The position numbers were made by a program, and so were the translations under genes. Under the pieces are notes generated by a model that was given only the letters and a program-made list of their open reading frames with translations, was not told the DNA's origin and did no database searches. From NCBI GenBank assembly GCA_964429285.1, contig CAYSBO010000004.1:1-39721 (forward strand): a stretch of 39,721 nucleotides of DNA, read 5' to 3'. Origin of the DNA: an uncultured Dehalococcoidales bacterium. Lineage in GTDB: Bacteria > Chloroflexota > Dehalococcoidia > GIF9 > AB-539-J10. Shown here piece after piece: positions 25,546-37,006 of the stretch (position 1 is the first letter of the stretch; each line of letters opens with the position of its first letter).

Positions 25546-26708
25546 GTATCTACGTACTGGTTGCCCTAATTCTCATCCTTGGGTTCATACTGGGAAAAGT
25601 ACTACGCAGGCTACGTTTGACGGAAATCCTCGCATATATTCTCGCGGGTATTGTTATCAAACAGGTCTTGAATTTCAGCCCACCCGAACAATTCAGCGCC
25701 ATGATCACCGGCATTACGGTTGCTCTCGTCGCTTACATAATAGGACTGAGCTTCTCCTTTTCATTTCTAAGGAGAATGGGTAAGCAGATGGTCATCATAT
25801 TGATCGTGCAGGTTTTGATGACTTTTGTTGCCACATGGGGTTTCGTATATCTAATTACTGGAGATATGCCGCTTTCCATAATTATGGGTTCGCTGGCTGG
25901 GGCTACCGACCCGGCAGGAACGATGGCGGTTCTGAGGGACCTGAGGGCAAAGGGAACGCTTACAGAGTTGACTATGGCTCTGGTGGGATTGGATGACGCA
26001 GTCGTGATAGTTGTCTATTCGGTGGGGATTGTGTGGGCCAAGATGTTGCTGGAGGGAGAAGCGGGTATTTCGGTCGCCTTGACTTACCCATTATGGGAGA
26101 TTTTTGGTGGTCTGGCATTGGGAGGGGCAGTTGGAGCTGCTACCTCTTATCTGAGCAAGAAGATACATCTCTCTTCTGACAATATTTTCGTTGTGTCTTT
26201 GGCGGTGGCTATCCTGTGTTGGGGTGTGGCAGGAACAATTGGAGTTTCGGCAATTCTGGCATGTATGGCTTTGGGAACGGCAGTAATTAACCTTAATGTC
26301 CAAATCGGCAATCGCTCAAACGAGTTGCTAGACAACATCATGACGCCCATATTTGTTTTGTTTTTCGCCGCCATTGGTATGGAGATGGACTTCTCACTTT
26401 TCCACATCATGTGGCCGGTAGTAGTTATGTATTGTGTCGGGAGAAGCATTGGCAAGGTAACCGGGTGCAGCTTTGGAGCTGTCATATCAAGGTCGGAGCC
26501 AAGAATCAAGAAGTATCTTGGCCTGGGCATGCTACCTCAAGCAGGCGTTGCCATGGGTCTGGCTTTTCTGGCGGCTCAAGCATTGTCTGGGCATGAACTC
26601 GGAGGCACAATAATCACAATTACGACAATCACGACAGTAGTTTTTGGACTACTTTCGCCGCCTCTGGTGCAATACGCTGTCAAGAAGGCAGGAGAAGCAC
26701 GCACGTAA
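25542..26708 (+). CDS. Cation:proton antiporter (Na+/H+ exchanger superfamily, CPA-type) membrane protein
   Basis: 388 aa. It is highly hydrophobic, with about 10-12 predicted helices by eye, and has a Gly/Ala-rich exchanger-like composition. It has no fused soluble regulatory domain. Confidence 0.65.
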   Translation: MSIYVLVALILILGFILGKVLRRLRLTEILAYILAGIVIKQVLNFSPPEQFSAMITGITVALVAYIIGLSFSFSFLRRMGKQMVIILIVQVLMTFVATWGFVYLITGDMPLSIIMGSLAGATDPAGTMAVLRDLRAKGTLTELTMALVGLDDAVVIVVYSVGIVWAKMLLEGEAGISVALTYPLWEIFGGLALGGAVGAATSYLSKKIHLSSDNIFVVSLAVAILCWGVAGTIGVSAILACMALGTAVINLNVQIGNRSNELLDNIMTPIFVLFFAAIGMEMDFSLFHIMWPVVVMYCVGRSIGKVTGCSFGAVISRSEPRIKKYLGLGMLPQAGVAMGLAFLAAQALSGHELGGTIITITTITTVVFGLLSPPLVQYAVKKAGEART

Positions 26709-26857
26709 TACTTGCGTGAAGGCGTGTCCTTGTAGATAGGGTAACCAAGGAAACCAGGCAGGGGGGCAAATGTAACGTGCTTGAGCAGGTTTTTTTTTGT
26801 TCTTCTCCTACGGATCAGCTAGTGTCCACACCTGTTTCAGGATAAGGATAAACATCC

Positions 26858-27847
26858 ATGGGAACGAAAATTCTCGGTATTGAGACTTCCTGTGATGAAA
26901 CTGCTGCCGCTATAGTAGAGGACGGCACCAGAATTATCTCTAATGTTGTGGCCTCACAAATAGACATTCATGCTCGGTATGGCGGTGTAGTCCCCGAGGT
27001 CGCCTCAAGGCAACATCTTCTCACTGTTATTCCGGTTATCAGTCAGGCAATTGCCGGAGTGGCCTGGCAGGACATCCATGGCATAGCTGTGACTTTTGGC
27101 CCGGGGCTGGCCGGATCACTTCTGGTTGGCGTTAACTTGGCCAAGGCTATCGCCTTAGTTAAGGAATTGCCTCTTGTCGGGGTCAACCATCTAGAGGCAC
27201 ATATCTACGCCAATTGGCTAGACTTCGCCAAAGGGGGGCCCAGCAGGGTGCAATTCCCTTGCCTTTGTCTCGTGGTCTCCGGTGGACATAGCGATCTGGT
27301 TTTGATGAATGGGCATGGCCAGTACCAGAAATTGGGACAAACCCGTGATGATGCTGCCGGCGAAGCCTTCGACAAAGCCGCCAGGATCTTGGGCTTGGGT
27401 TACCCCGGGGGTCCGGCTATTGAAAAAGCAGCCGGGTCCGGAATTCCTCGCTTACCCCTACCCCGAGCCTGGCTCAAGGAAACCCACGATTTCAGCTTCA
27501 GCGGGCTGAAAACTGCTTTGTGGCACCTTGTCTATAGGGGAGAGGTGTCGGTGGCCGATGTTGCAGCCAGCTTCCAGTTAGCTGTAACGGATGTCTTGGC
27601 TACCAAGACAATTGAAGCAGCCAGGCAGTTGAAGGTGGAGCAGATCTTGCTCAGCGGTGGTGTGGCAGCCAATAAAACATTGACCCAGAGTTTCCTTGCC
27701 AGCTCGCCCGTCCCGGTTCTTGTCCCCCCTCCTCATTTATGTACGGATAACGCCGCTATGGTGGCTGCCTGTGGTTATTATCATTTGCGATGCGGAAGGA
27801 CAAGCGGTTATGACCTGGATGTAGTGCCCAGCCTCGGTTTTGGCTAA
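26858..27847 (+). CDS. tsaD: tRNA N6-adenosine threonylcarbamoyltransferase TsaD (Kae1/Gcp family)
   Basis: 329 aa. Motifs seen: [29 protein letters not shown] and [10 protein letters not shown]. Confidence 0.93.
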   Translation: MGTKILGIETSCDETAAAIVEDGTRIISNVVASQIDIHARYGGVVPEVASRQHLLTVIPVISQAIAGVAWQDIHGIAVTFGPGLAGSLLVGVNLAKAIALVKELPLVGVNHLEAHIYANWLDFAKGGPSRVQFPCLCLVVSGGHSDLVLMNGHGQYQKLGQTRDDAAGEAFDKAARILGLGYPGGPAIEKAAGSGIPRLPLPRAWLKETHDFSFSGLKTALWHLVYRGEVSVADVAASFQLAVTDVLATKTIEAARQLKVEQILLSGGVAANKTLTQSFLASSPVPVLVPPPHLCTDNAAMVAACGYYHLRCGRTSGYDLDVVPSLGFG

Positions 27848-27959
27848 TCCAGTCCACGGTTCCCACAGAACTGCGCCCTAACAGGTCAAATGGTTGAAGT
27901 ATGCTTTTGAAAAGACTGGGCGGGTAGGGCTAATGCTTCCCTGAACTGGGAGCTTACTC

Positions 27960-29330
27960 TCAGTAATGCTCAAATGATAAGGGTGATAAGGGGCACTGTG
28001 AGCACGCGCCCTCTCGACAGTAGTTCTTGAAGATATGAATCAGCCCTTGCTGGTGACAGGCGGTGAACCCGGAGGTCCCTTCAAGGCAAAGCTGCTTTGC
28101 CATATGACGAGTTATCTGGTTCTGTGCTAATTTGGGATAAGTATTATAGAGCTCCATGGCCTTTTTCATTGATTCTGGTTTGCCGGCCATTCTCCCCCAG
28201 GCAAAAACGAAGGGCAATAGCACATTCACCGCAATCTCGCCTGCTTTGCCATTTCCCAAGAGAGCCGACATCTTTGTTCTGGTTCTGACATCAAAATCGA
28301 AATGGTTGCGCCAGTACTCGTCGCCGACCACAACTAGGCTGTTGTCCAGCAAATGGTGTCCCTTGGGTGGATCTGCCTCTTCTGCCAACTGCAGTAGCGA
28401 TGATAACAAACTTCCCTGGAGATGACGGTTTCCTTCACTGTAGCGCTCAAGAAGATAGCTCAAGGCGATGATGCGCCGCACGGGAGAATTGTTGGGGTAT
28501 ACGTGGGACAGGTTCCAATCGTTTTCCTTCATGGTCCTGGGTTCTCTCTCTGCTGACCGCCATGTTCGCTCCAATTCCAGGATTTGTCGCTCCGACGCAA
28601 TATTATTCATGGATCTTTGAGAAGGCAGTAGCCCGGCTGTGCCTAACAATAGAGCCTGCTTGACGACCAATCCCTTTGTGTGTTTGATGGAACTGATGGG
28701 TAGTCTATGTGCGAGTTCTTCAAAAGGCTCGGTGTTTTTGGCGTAACCGAGGGCTCTCGTCATACCACGAAAAAGCACCTGCTCTGCCTCTTCCTCTTGG
28801 GCGAGGTGAACGATCTCGTCCAGAAAATGCATCGCCTTCTGCTTGAATCTGTGTTCACCGGCGATGTTGAGCAACCTGACCAAAGTCTGTTTGTCGAGAC
28901 GATCCATGATCCGGAAGCACGGGAGTTGGTAAGGCAGCAAGTAAGCTTGATACTGCAAAGCTTGGGCCAGACACAGGATGGGAACTGTTTTGCCGCTTTG
29001 TAGCAGTGTAGTCGGGTCACAATCGTGGTGCATCACTACGTGAAGGATCACGGTGTTGTATCCAGCATCACAATGATGCCGATGGCGATACCAATCGCTG
29101 GATTTGCTGTGGACCTCGATATCTCCCTGCGTCAGACGATGTCCATTTGTAATAACCGCGTCGCGGAAATCTGGACCCCTGTCACCATTCCTCATCCCAG
29201 GATAGAGCACCGCGATTCGCTCTCCCTCGACGGTGGCCAGTTCCTTTCCCACCATTTGCTGCCATGCTAGAGCTACCTGCGTCTCTGGCAGTGTTATCCG
29301 GTTACGTGTAACCATGGCGAAAAAAAGCAC
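27960..29330 (-). CDS. DUF2851-like protein of unknown function
   Basis: 456 aa. The N-terminal segment NGDRGPDFRDAVI...GDIEVHSKSSDWYRHRHHCDAGYNTVILHVVMHHD matches my memory of the DUF2851 signature. The start may instead be the Met at 29315. Confidence 0.5.
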   Translation of the reverse strand: MLFFAMVTRNRITLPETQVALAWQQMVGKELATVEGERIAVLYPGMRNGDRGPDFRDAVITNGHRLTQGDIEVHSKSSDWYRHRHHCDAGYNTVILHVVMHHDCDPTTLLQSGKTVPILCLAQALQYQAYLLPYQLPCFRIMDRLDKQTLVRLLNIAGEHRFKQKAMHFLDEIVHLAQEEEAEQVLFRGMTRALGYAKNTEPFEELAHRLPISSIKHTKGLVVKQALLLGTAGLLPSQRSMNNIASERQILELERTWRSAEREPRTMKENDWNLSHVYPNNSPVRRIIALSYLLERYSEGNRHLQGSLLSSLLQLAEEADPPKGHHLLDNSLVVVGDEYWRNHFDFDVRTRTKMSALLGNGKAGEIAVNVLLPFVFAWGRMAGKPESMKKAMELYNTYPKLAQNQITRHMAKQLCLEGTSGFTACHQQGLIHIFKNYCREGACSQCPLSPLSFEHY

Positions 29331-29465
29331 TTCTCGTTTCTTGTTGATTGCTTAGTGCTCCATTGTTAAGCGACCTGCGCATGATGCGGGTATGATAAGC
29401 GTATTTTATTGCTAGCATCCGGAATTACTGAACGATTGCGTCGTACCGAATAGTGGCTGTGGGTC

Positions 29466-29705
29466 CTAGCCTGATTCATCGCGCTCCCCTTGAGCTGTGT
29501 AGGTGAAGCCGCTCCGCTCTGCAATGATGCTGAGTAAGGTAGCTGATGCACCACGAGGTCGGTACATCCCATTTTCCCATTCGCTGACCGTTTGCTGTCG
29601 GGTGCCCAGTTCCTCCGCCAGTTTCATCTGAGTCAGTTTCAGATGTTGCCTCAGCAACTTGATCTCCTCTCTAGTCCACTGCTTCCTCTTTATTTTTGGT
29701 TCCAT
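29466..29705 (-). CDS. XRE-family helix-turn-helix transcriptional regulator (small)
   Basis: 79 aa. The HTH is LTQMKLAEELGTRQQTVSEWENG. It runs in the same direction as, and upstream of, the DUF2851-like gene, and is divergent from groES. Confidence 0.7.
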   Translation of the reverse strand: MEPKIKRKQWTREEIKLLRQHLKLTQMKLAEELGTRQQTVSEWENGMYRPRGASATLLSIIAERSGFTYTAQGERDESG

Positions 29706-29771
29706 CTAGGAGATTATACACGTTTCAGTGTAGAAATACAAGGGAAATTGCCTGATTCTCGACAAATCCTC

Positions 29772-29799
29772 TTGCATTTTTGGTTCTTCTTGATATAAT
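29772..29799 (+). promoter_or_regulatory. Candidate groESL promoter (extended -10)
   Basis: TTGCAT (29772-29777), 16 nt spacer ending in TGa, TATAAT (29794-29799). It sits immediately upstream of the CIRCE element. Confidence 0.5.
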
Positions 29800-29806
29800 A
29801 GGGAGG

Positions 29807-29833
29807 TTAGCAATCGCAAGCACAGAGTGCTAA
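29807..29833 (+). promoter_or_regulatory. CIRCE operator (HrcA binding site)
   Basis: TTAGCAATC-N9-GAGTGCTAA compared with the consensus TTAGCACTC-N9-GAGTGCTAA. The right arm is perfect and the left arm has 2 mismatches. It lies 25 nt upstream of the groES ATG. Confidence 0.75.
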
Positions 29834-29857
29834 AATCAATTGAGGAAAGGAGGAAAT

Positions 29858-30160
29858 ATGGCCAGAATGGCGAAGATTGAACCTTTGGGAGACAGAGTGG
29901 TGATAAAGCCCACACCGAAGGAAGAAGTAAGCAAAGGGGGAATAGTGCTGCCAGATACGGCCCAGGAAAGGCCCCAGGAGGGGAAAATTATTGCTGTGGG
30001 TCCGGGTAGATTGACGGAGGAGGGCAAACGAATCGCTATGGAAGTGAAGAAGGGCGACAAAGTCATCTATTCCAAATACGCTGGGACCGAGTTCAAGGTG
30101 GATGATGAAGAACTGGTGATCATGCGCGAAGCCGATATCTTGGCCAAGAGAGGTCAATAA
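29858..30160 (+). CDS. groES: Co-chaperonin GroES
   Basis: I chose ATG 29858, with AGGAGG upstream, over the TTG at 29840 in the ORF track. Motifs seen: IEPLGDRVVIKP, GGIVLPDTAQE and GKIIAVGPG. Confidence 0.95.
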   Translation: MARMAKIEPLGDRVVIKPTPKEEVSKGGIVLPDTAQERPQEGKIIAVGPGRLTEEGKRIAMEVKKGDKVIYSKYAGTEFKVDDEELVIMREADILAKRGQ

Positions 30161-30174
30161 AAGGAGGTAATTGA

Positions 30175-31797
<1,623 letters not shown>

Positions 31798-31823
31798 CCA
31801 GCCGTTGAACAACCTAGCAACTG

Positions 31824-31855
31824 GAAGGAACCGTCCACAGGGCGGTTCCTTCTTT
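31824..31855 (+). terminator. Intrinsic terminator hairpin downstream of groEL, between convergent genes
   Basis: A perfect 10-bp stem, GAAGGAACCG (31824-31833) / CGGTTCCTTC (31843-31852), has a 9-nt loop and is followed by TTT. Confidence 0.6.
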
Positions 31856-31861
31856 GCAGTG

Positions 31862-33130
31862 TCAGATTCTAAGCCTTTGCCTGAGAGGTTCTTCTTCCTT
31901 GACAGGTCCGGTTACGGCCAGATTAAGCCCGTTTCCGACCAGAATCTGCTCGGCTACTTCTCTCAGCTGGTCTAAGGCAATGGCATCTACAATTCTAACA
32001 ACGTCGTCTACGGTGAGGATCCTTTGGGTCAAGATTTCCTGGCCACCGTGCCATAGTGCTACATTTCGGCTGTCCTCAAGTCGCAGCTGTAATCTTCCTT
32101 TTGACAGTTCCTTCGCTCTGGTAAGCTCACCCGCAGTGATTCCCTGCTTCACCCGGGATAGCTGTTCGAGGATGGCGGCCACGGCGATTTCTATCTTTTT
32201 GGGATCAACGCCGGCGTAGATGGTGAATGAGCCCCCACTCATGAAGTGCTCAGTGTAGCTGTGTATATCATAGGCCAGCCCTCTCTGTTCCCGGATTTCT
32301 TCAAACAGGCGGCTGCTCATGCCACCACCAAGCGCTGTGTTAAGCAAGTCGAGGACGAAGCGGTGTTGGTGGGAGTGAGAAAAGCCGTGAACAGCAAGGC
32401 AAAGATGCGCTTGCTCGATGTCCCTGGGCTCGGTATGCAACCTTGCTTCCGTTTGCTTATCATCGGTCACGTAGCCAGTGGTTAGCTCCCGGGCAGCCCA
32501 TTTGTCAAGTAAGGGCTGGATTTGAGCCATTGCCTCTTGATGGTTTATGTCACCAGCGATACTGACGACCGTATTATTAGGCATGTATCTGCGCTCAACG
32601 TAGTCTAATAGTTGCTTCCTAGTAATGGAAGACACAGTCTCCTGGTAACCGATGACCTCTCGCCCAAGAGGCTGCCTTGGCCACAGCAACTCATCTATCA
32701 GCGCATTTACCCGCTGCTGGGGAAGGTCGAGACCCATCTTGATTTCCTCCCCGATAACCTGACGCTCTCGCTCTATTTCTCTATTATCGAAGCGAGAGTT
32801 GAGCAGCAGATCAGATAGCACATCCACAGCAATTGGGAAGTGAGAACTGGCAACCTTACACCAGAACATAGTGAGTTCCTTATCTGTGCCGCCGTTGATT
32901 ATGCCGCCAACTCCTTCAATATCCTGGCTGAGCTGCTTAGATGTTGGTCGTCGCTGGGTGCCTTTGAAGAACAAATGCTCGGCGAAGTGGGATATGCCCG
33001 ATTCTTGTACGGTTTCGTAGCAAGAGCCAGCGCCTACAAGAATGGCAAGAGATACCGAGTGACTATGGGGCATACTACTGGTGATAACTCTCAAGCCATT
33101 ATCGAACGTGACCCTGGTGTACATCATCAC
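31862..33130 (-). CDS. M16-family (pitrilysin/insulinase-like) zinc peptidase
   Basis: 422 aa with the inverted zinc motif HxxEH (HFAEHLFFKG) near the N-terminus and a typical two-domain length. Confidence 0.85.
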   Translation of the reverse strand: MMMYTRVTFDNGLRVITSSMPHSHSVSLAILVGAGSCYETVQESGISHFAEHLFFKGTQRRPTSKQLSQDIEGVGGIINGGTDKELTMFWCKVASSHFPIAVDVLSDLLLNSRFDNREIERERQVIGEEIKMGLDLPQQRVNALIDELLWPRQPLGREVIGYQETVSSITRKQLLDYVERRYMPNNTVVSIAGDINHQEAMAQIQPLLDKWAARELTTGYVTDDKQTEARLHTEPRDIEQAHLCLAVHGFSHSHQHRFVLDLLNTALGGGMSSRLFEEIREQRGLAYDIHSYTEHFMSGGSFTIYAGVDPKKIEIAVAAILEQLSRVKQGITAGELTRAKELSKGRLQLRLEDSRNVALWHGGQEILTQRILTVDDVVRIVDAIALDQLREVAEQILVGNGLNLAVTGPVKEEEPLRQRLRI

Positions 33131-33309
33131 GAATTGTAATGTGCCTACTGTTTCCCGTCAACAAGAGTGGCCAGCACATGCGATGGTCTTTTTCCGATGG
33201 TGTCATCCCAACTATGGGCTGCCTCATGGCTGATCTGGGCCTTTAGGCTGCTCGCAGGGCAAGAAAATGGAGGTCACGGGTGCCCGACGTAGTTGATGAG
33301 GACGCAGGT

Positions 33310-33338
33310 TTGACAAACTTGCAAGGACAGGCTATTAT
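33310..33338 (+). promoter_or_regulatory. Candidate sigma70-type promoter of the BCR-like operon
   Basis: TTGACA (33310-33315), 17 nt spacer, TATTAT (33333-33338). This implies a leader of about 200 nt before ATG 33542. Confidence 0.4.
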
Positions 33339-33541
33339 GGAACGCGGACATGACTCGGTGGCAGGGAGAAATCCCAGAGCAATGCGAGTTACCTGACGTG
33401 TTGCCCAAATTCCATTCCTATCGCAGCAAAGCCGATGACTTCAGACGCCTGCTCACCATCGTGAACAATGGGATTGTCGCCGCCAGCTGACGTGGGTGGG
33501 TAAAGAAAACGGCTGAGGCTAAGTCCAGAACGGGTAGGTAA

Positions 33542-34684
33542 ATGATGAAGGACGTAGATAGATATTATCAGAATTACGGTGCAAGAGCTCGGGAATTGAA
33601 GAGGGAAGGTGGGAAGGTTATGGGCTATATGTGCGCTCTGACTCCTGTTGAGATCATAACTGCTGCCGGCTTCGTGCCGTTCCGAATAAAGGGCGACGTT
33701 AGCGAGCCAATTACGAAGGCTGACACTCAGATGGAAACCATTGTTTGTCCCTTGGTACGTAGCGGTTTTGATATGGCGCTCAAGGGGAAATATGAGTTTC
33801 TTGACGGTATAGTAATCCCCCATGCTTGTGACAGTATTGCCCGTAGCTATAGTACAATAAGTTATAGCCTTGATTTGCCTTACTCCCACTTCGTCCATAT
33901 TCCGCATACCACCAAGGACATATCTAAGGAATTCTTTGAGTCTGAGCTTGACACATTTAGGAAGAGTTTAGGCGCATTTGCTGGTAAGGAGATTTCCGAC
34001 GAGAGTCTGGTCCGGGCAATTGACCTTCACAACGAAATCAAGGCTAAGGTAAGGGAGCTATATCAGTTGAGGAAATCAGATCCGCCCCTGATCTCGGGCA
34101 CAGAGGTAACCAAGGTGCTGGTAGCTGCTATGGGCATTCCGGCGGTTGAAGCTAGTCAGTTGCTGGATGTGGTTATTGATGAAGTCAAGAACAGAGCCAG
34201 TCCTGCGGCTAGGAAGTCACCTAGGATAATGGTGGTTGGTGCTGAAGTCAATGACATTGCTTTCATCAAGTTGATTGAAGATAGTGGAGCAGACGTAGTG
34301 GTCGATAGCATGTGTGTTGGTACCAGAGATTACTTCTACGATGCGGACACTGCGAGAGGGCCGCTTGATGGCATGGCCGACTACTACTTGAGGAGGTTGA
34401 ATTGTCCTCGTACCTACAGAGAGTGGACCGGAAAGACATATGAAGACGACTTGGAAGCGAGGTTTGGCCATATTGGGAGTTTTGCTAAGGAATTCAATGT
34501 CGACGGTGTGATACTTTACCTCCTTAAGTACTGCGATCCATTTGGCTTCGAAGTGCCGGCAAGAATGCAGTATATACAATCGCTAGGTACCCCAGTGCTT
34601 TATATTGAAGATGAGTATTCAATGTCAACAATTGCCAGACTGCGAACCAGGGTTCAAGCCTTTCTTGAGACCCTTGCTGGATAG
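33542..34684 (+). CDS. Benzoyl-CoA reductase / 2-hydroxyacyl-CoA dehydratase family subunit (BcrC/BadD/BzdN-like)
   Basis: 380 aa. The N-terminus YYQNYGARARELKREGGKVMGYMCALTPVEIITAAGFVPFRI is typical of the HgdB/BcrC family, and conserved Cys residues are scattered (CPLV, HACDS, YCDPF). It is the first gene of a four-gene set. Confidence 0.75.
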   Translation: MMKDVDRYYQNYGARARELKREGGKVMGYMCALTPVEIITAAGFVPFRIKGDVSEPITKADTQMETIVCPLVRSGFDMALKGKYEFLDGIVIPHACDSIARSYSTISYSLDLPYSHFVHIPHTTKDISKEFFESELDTFRKSLGAFAGKEISDESLVRAIDLHNEIKAKVRELYQLRKSDPPLISGTEVTKVLVAAMGIPAVEASQLLDVVIDEVKNRASPAARKSPRIMVVGAEVNDIAFIKLIEDSGADVVVDSMCVGTRDYFYDADTARGPLDGMADYYLRRLNCPRTYREWTGKTYEDDLEARFGHIGSFAKEFNVDGVILYLLKYCDPFGFEVPARMQYIQSLGTPVLYIEDEYSMSTIARLRTRVQAFLETLAG

Positions 34685-34700
34685 CCTGGAGGGAGAATAA

Positions 34701-36110
34701 ATGGAAGAACAAAAATGGCCGGAGAAGTACCCCGTAGAGGGTAAAAGGGGAAGGAAATACGGAACCGTAGCGGCGATGAAGGTCGGCCCGATGGTCAAGG
34801 CAGCTATTGGAAGCTCGGTAGAGGCGCAACAGGAAGGTAAGGATATAGCTTACACCTTTATTGAGTGCAATTATGACGAAATTATACGGGCTATGGATAT
34901 CGTACCAGTGTGGACAGAAAACTACGCTGGCATATGCGGGGCAAAGCGTGACGCTCAGCGCTTCCTGGAGAGGGCAGAATCGTTGAACTTTTCCCGTTCT
35001 CTCTGCACCTATGCCTTGTGCGGCCTGGGATTCGACGAGTGGCGTGAAGAGTTGGGCGAGATGCCTCCCGATGCTCCATGGGGTGGGCAGGCAAGGCCCA
35101 GGGTTATGCTATCCAGCGGCCAGATAATCTGTGACCCGCGGAATAAGTGGTATCAGGCAGCGCAGCAATTTCAGCCGGATGTCCCTATTTATGATCTTAC
35201 CGGTCTTTACCCTATGTATGAACGTGATGTCGATCACCATGAGACTGAGGGCTATTATGCTAAGTATATGACCGAAGACCTCAGGGGTCTGGTGAAATTT
35301 CTGGAAGAGCATTTTCACAAGAAGATGGACTGGGACAGATTGTGGGAAACACTCAAGCTGGCTGATGATACTACAGATTTACATGTGGAATGCCGTGGGT
35401 TGCGCAAGGCTATTCCTACCCCAATGGATACAGGGGATGCTATGAACTGCATGGTGCCCCAGGCTTTTATGATGGGAACGCAGGAAGCTTATGACTTTTA
35501 CAAAGACCTGCGCGATGAACTGAAGCACAAGGTGGAACATAAGCTAGGTGTAATTGAAGATGAGAGGTATAGGCTGGTTTGGGCTGGAGGACTGCCGTCA
35601 TGGTTTGCTTTGTCTGATTTTAACTACTTCTGGAGTAAAGGCGCAGTATTCCCGGTAGAAAGCACATATAATGAGCAGGTGTATTCCGCAAAAGAACTTG
35701 ATTTACCGAAGACAGATGACCCTTTGGAATATATGGCCTGGAGGTGTATAAGACGATGGACCTACTGGTACGATAAGGCAAAAAAACGCACTGGGTCTGA
35801 ACCTGATGTGGAGCGTACCATTAATTACATTGAGCAGTATAACATAGACGGTATCGTAGTGCATGAGGCCTTCTCTTGCCGCAGTTGGCATGTGGGACTG
35901 ATCTGGATGCTGAATCAAATAGCCAAGATATACAAGCCCATCCCTGTATTGATATTGGGCAGGGGTGAAAAAAAGGAAAAAATGTATAGGGAAGTTCCAT
36001 CGCTGATTCTGGAGAGCGACATTATTGATATTAGCTCCTATAATGAGGCCGACACCAGAGCCAGGATAGATGCCTTTGTCGAGACATTGGAGGCAGTCAA
36101 GAGCCGGTGA
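34701..36110 (+). CDS. Benzoyl-CoA reductase / 2-hydroxyacyl-CoA dehydratase family subunit (BcrB/BadE/BzdO-like)
   Basis: 469 aa. It is a family-like second large subunit (IAYTFIECNYDEIIRAMDIVPVW, LCTYALCG, HEAFSCRSW). Its position and size parallel bcrB/bzdO. Confidence 0.7.
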   Translation: MEEQKWPEKYPVEGKRGRKYGTVAAMKVGPMVKAAIGSSVEAQQEGKDIAYTFIECNYDEIIRAMDIVPVWTENYAGICGAKRDAQRFLERAESLNFSRSLCTYALCGLGFDEWREELGEMPPDAPWGGQARPRVMLSSGQIICDPRNKWYQAAQQFQPDVPIYDLTGLYPMYERDVDHHETEGYYAKYMTEDLRGLVKFLEEHFHKKMDWDRLWETLKLADDTTDLHVECRGLRKAIPTPMDTGDAMNCMVPQAFMMGTQEAYDFYKDLRDELKHKVEHKLGVIEDERYRLVWAGGLPSWFALSDFNYFWSKGAVFPVESTYNEQVYSAKELDLPKTDDPLEYMAWRCIRRWTYWYDKAKKRTGSEPDVERTINYIEQYNIDGIVVHEAFSCRSWHVGLIWMLNQIAKIYKPIPVLILGRGEKKEKMYREVPSLILESDIIDISSYNEADTRARIDAFVETLEAVKSR

Positions 36111-36955
36111 GTAGGCAGTATTTTGCTGGAGTGGACATCGGTTCCACTATGACCAAGGTAGTGATCATGGATGGCGGGCTTGTGGCCTCGGTCATCGGCC
36201 CCACTGGCCCCGAGCACAGAAAGCTGGCCAATCGGGTGATGGAGGAAGCCCTAGCCAAGGCACAGTTGTCCTTTAATGACATCAGCTATGTGGTGGCCAC
36301 TGGCTATGGAAGAATCAACGTCCCCTTTGCCGATAAGCAAATAACTGAGATAACCTGTCATGCCCGGGGGGTTGGTTACCTGCTGCCTGAGGTAAGGACG
36401 GTGATTGATATTGGCGGTCAGGACTGTAAGGGGATTAAGTTGAATGATAATGGTAAGGTCGTGGACTTTGTCATGAATGACAAGTGTGCTGCTGGGACAG
36501 GGAGGTTTCTTGAGGTGACGGCTGAGGAATTGGGTGTCAGCCTAGAAGACATGGGAAGATTGTCGTTGGAGGCAAAGAATAGGGTTGAGATAAGCAGCAC
36601 CTGTACCGTGTTTGCCGCCCAGGAGGTGGTGGCTAGACTCTCAGAAGGAGTGCCTCTGGCCGATATTATCGCTGGTCTACACGAGGCGATTGCCACCAGG
36701 ATATACGGAATGGTGAGACGGCTGAAGGTAGAAAGGGAAGTGGCCTTGACTGGTGGTGGGGCCAAGAATATCGGGCTAGTCAAGGCTTTAGAGGCTAAGC
36801 TAGGGTTTCCAGCACTGGTGCCTGCTGAGCCTTTGCTAACCGGAGCTATGGGTGCTGCTCTGCTGGGCAGTGATCTGGTCAAACAGGCTGCCGAGAGCGG
36901 CACAGCTTTGTCCAGGAGCGAACGCCGCTTGGAAGAAGCGACTTTGTTTACATAA
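36107..36955 (+). CDS. BcrA/BadF/HgdC-type ATPase (ASKHA-fold electron-activating subunit), copy A
   Basis: 282 aa with a GTG start overlapping the upstream stop. Motifs seen: FAGVDIGSTMTKVVIMD, DIGGQDCKGI, and the cluster-bridging Cys pair in NDKCAAGTGRFLE and SSTCTVFAAQE. Confidence 0.85.
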   Translation: MSRQYFAGVDIGSTMTKVVIMDGGLVASVIGPTGPEHRKLANRVMEEALAKAQLSFNDISYVVATGYGRINVPFADKQITEITCHARGVGYLLPEVRTVIDIGGQDCKGIKLNDNGKVVDFVMNDKCAAGTGRFLEVTAEELGVSLEDMGRLSLEAKNRVEISSTCTVFAAQEVVARLSEGVPLADIIAGLHEAIATRIYGMVRRLKVEREVALTGGGAKNIGLVKALEAKLGFPALVPAEPLLTGAMGAALLGSDLVKQAAESGTALSRSERRLEEATLFT

Positions 36956-37006
36956 TACATGGGTAAGCCTAGCACCTGGTGAGGTTCCTGCAAACCGGAA
37001 AACCAT

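Noticed and set aside
26790-26798. A run of nine T residues after the antiporter gene, considered as an intrinsic terminator.
   Set aside because: I could not find a stable GC-rich hairpin immediately upstream, so it is not called as a terminator.
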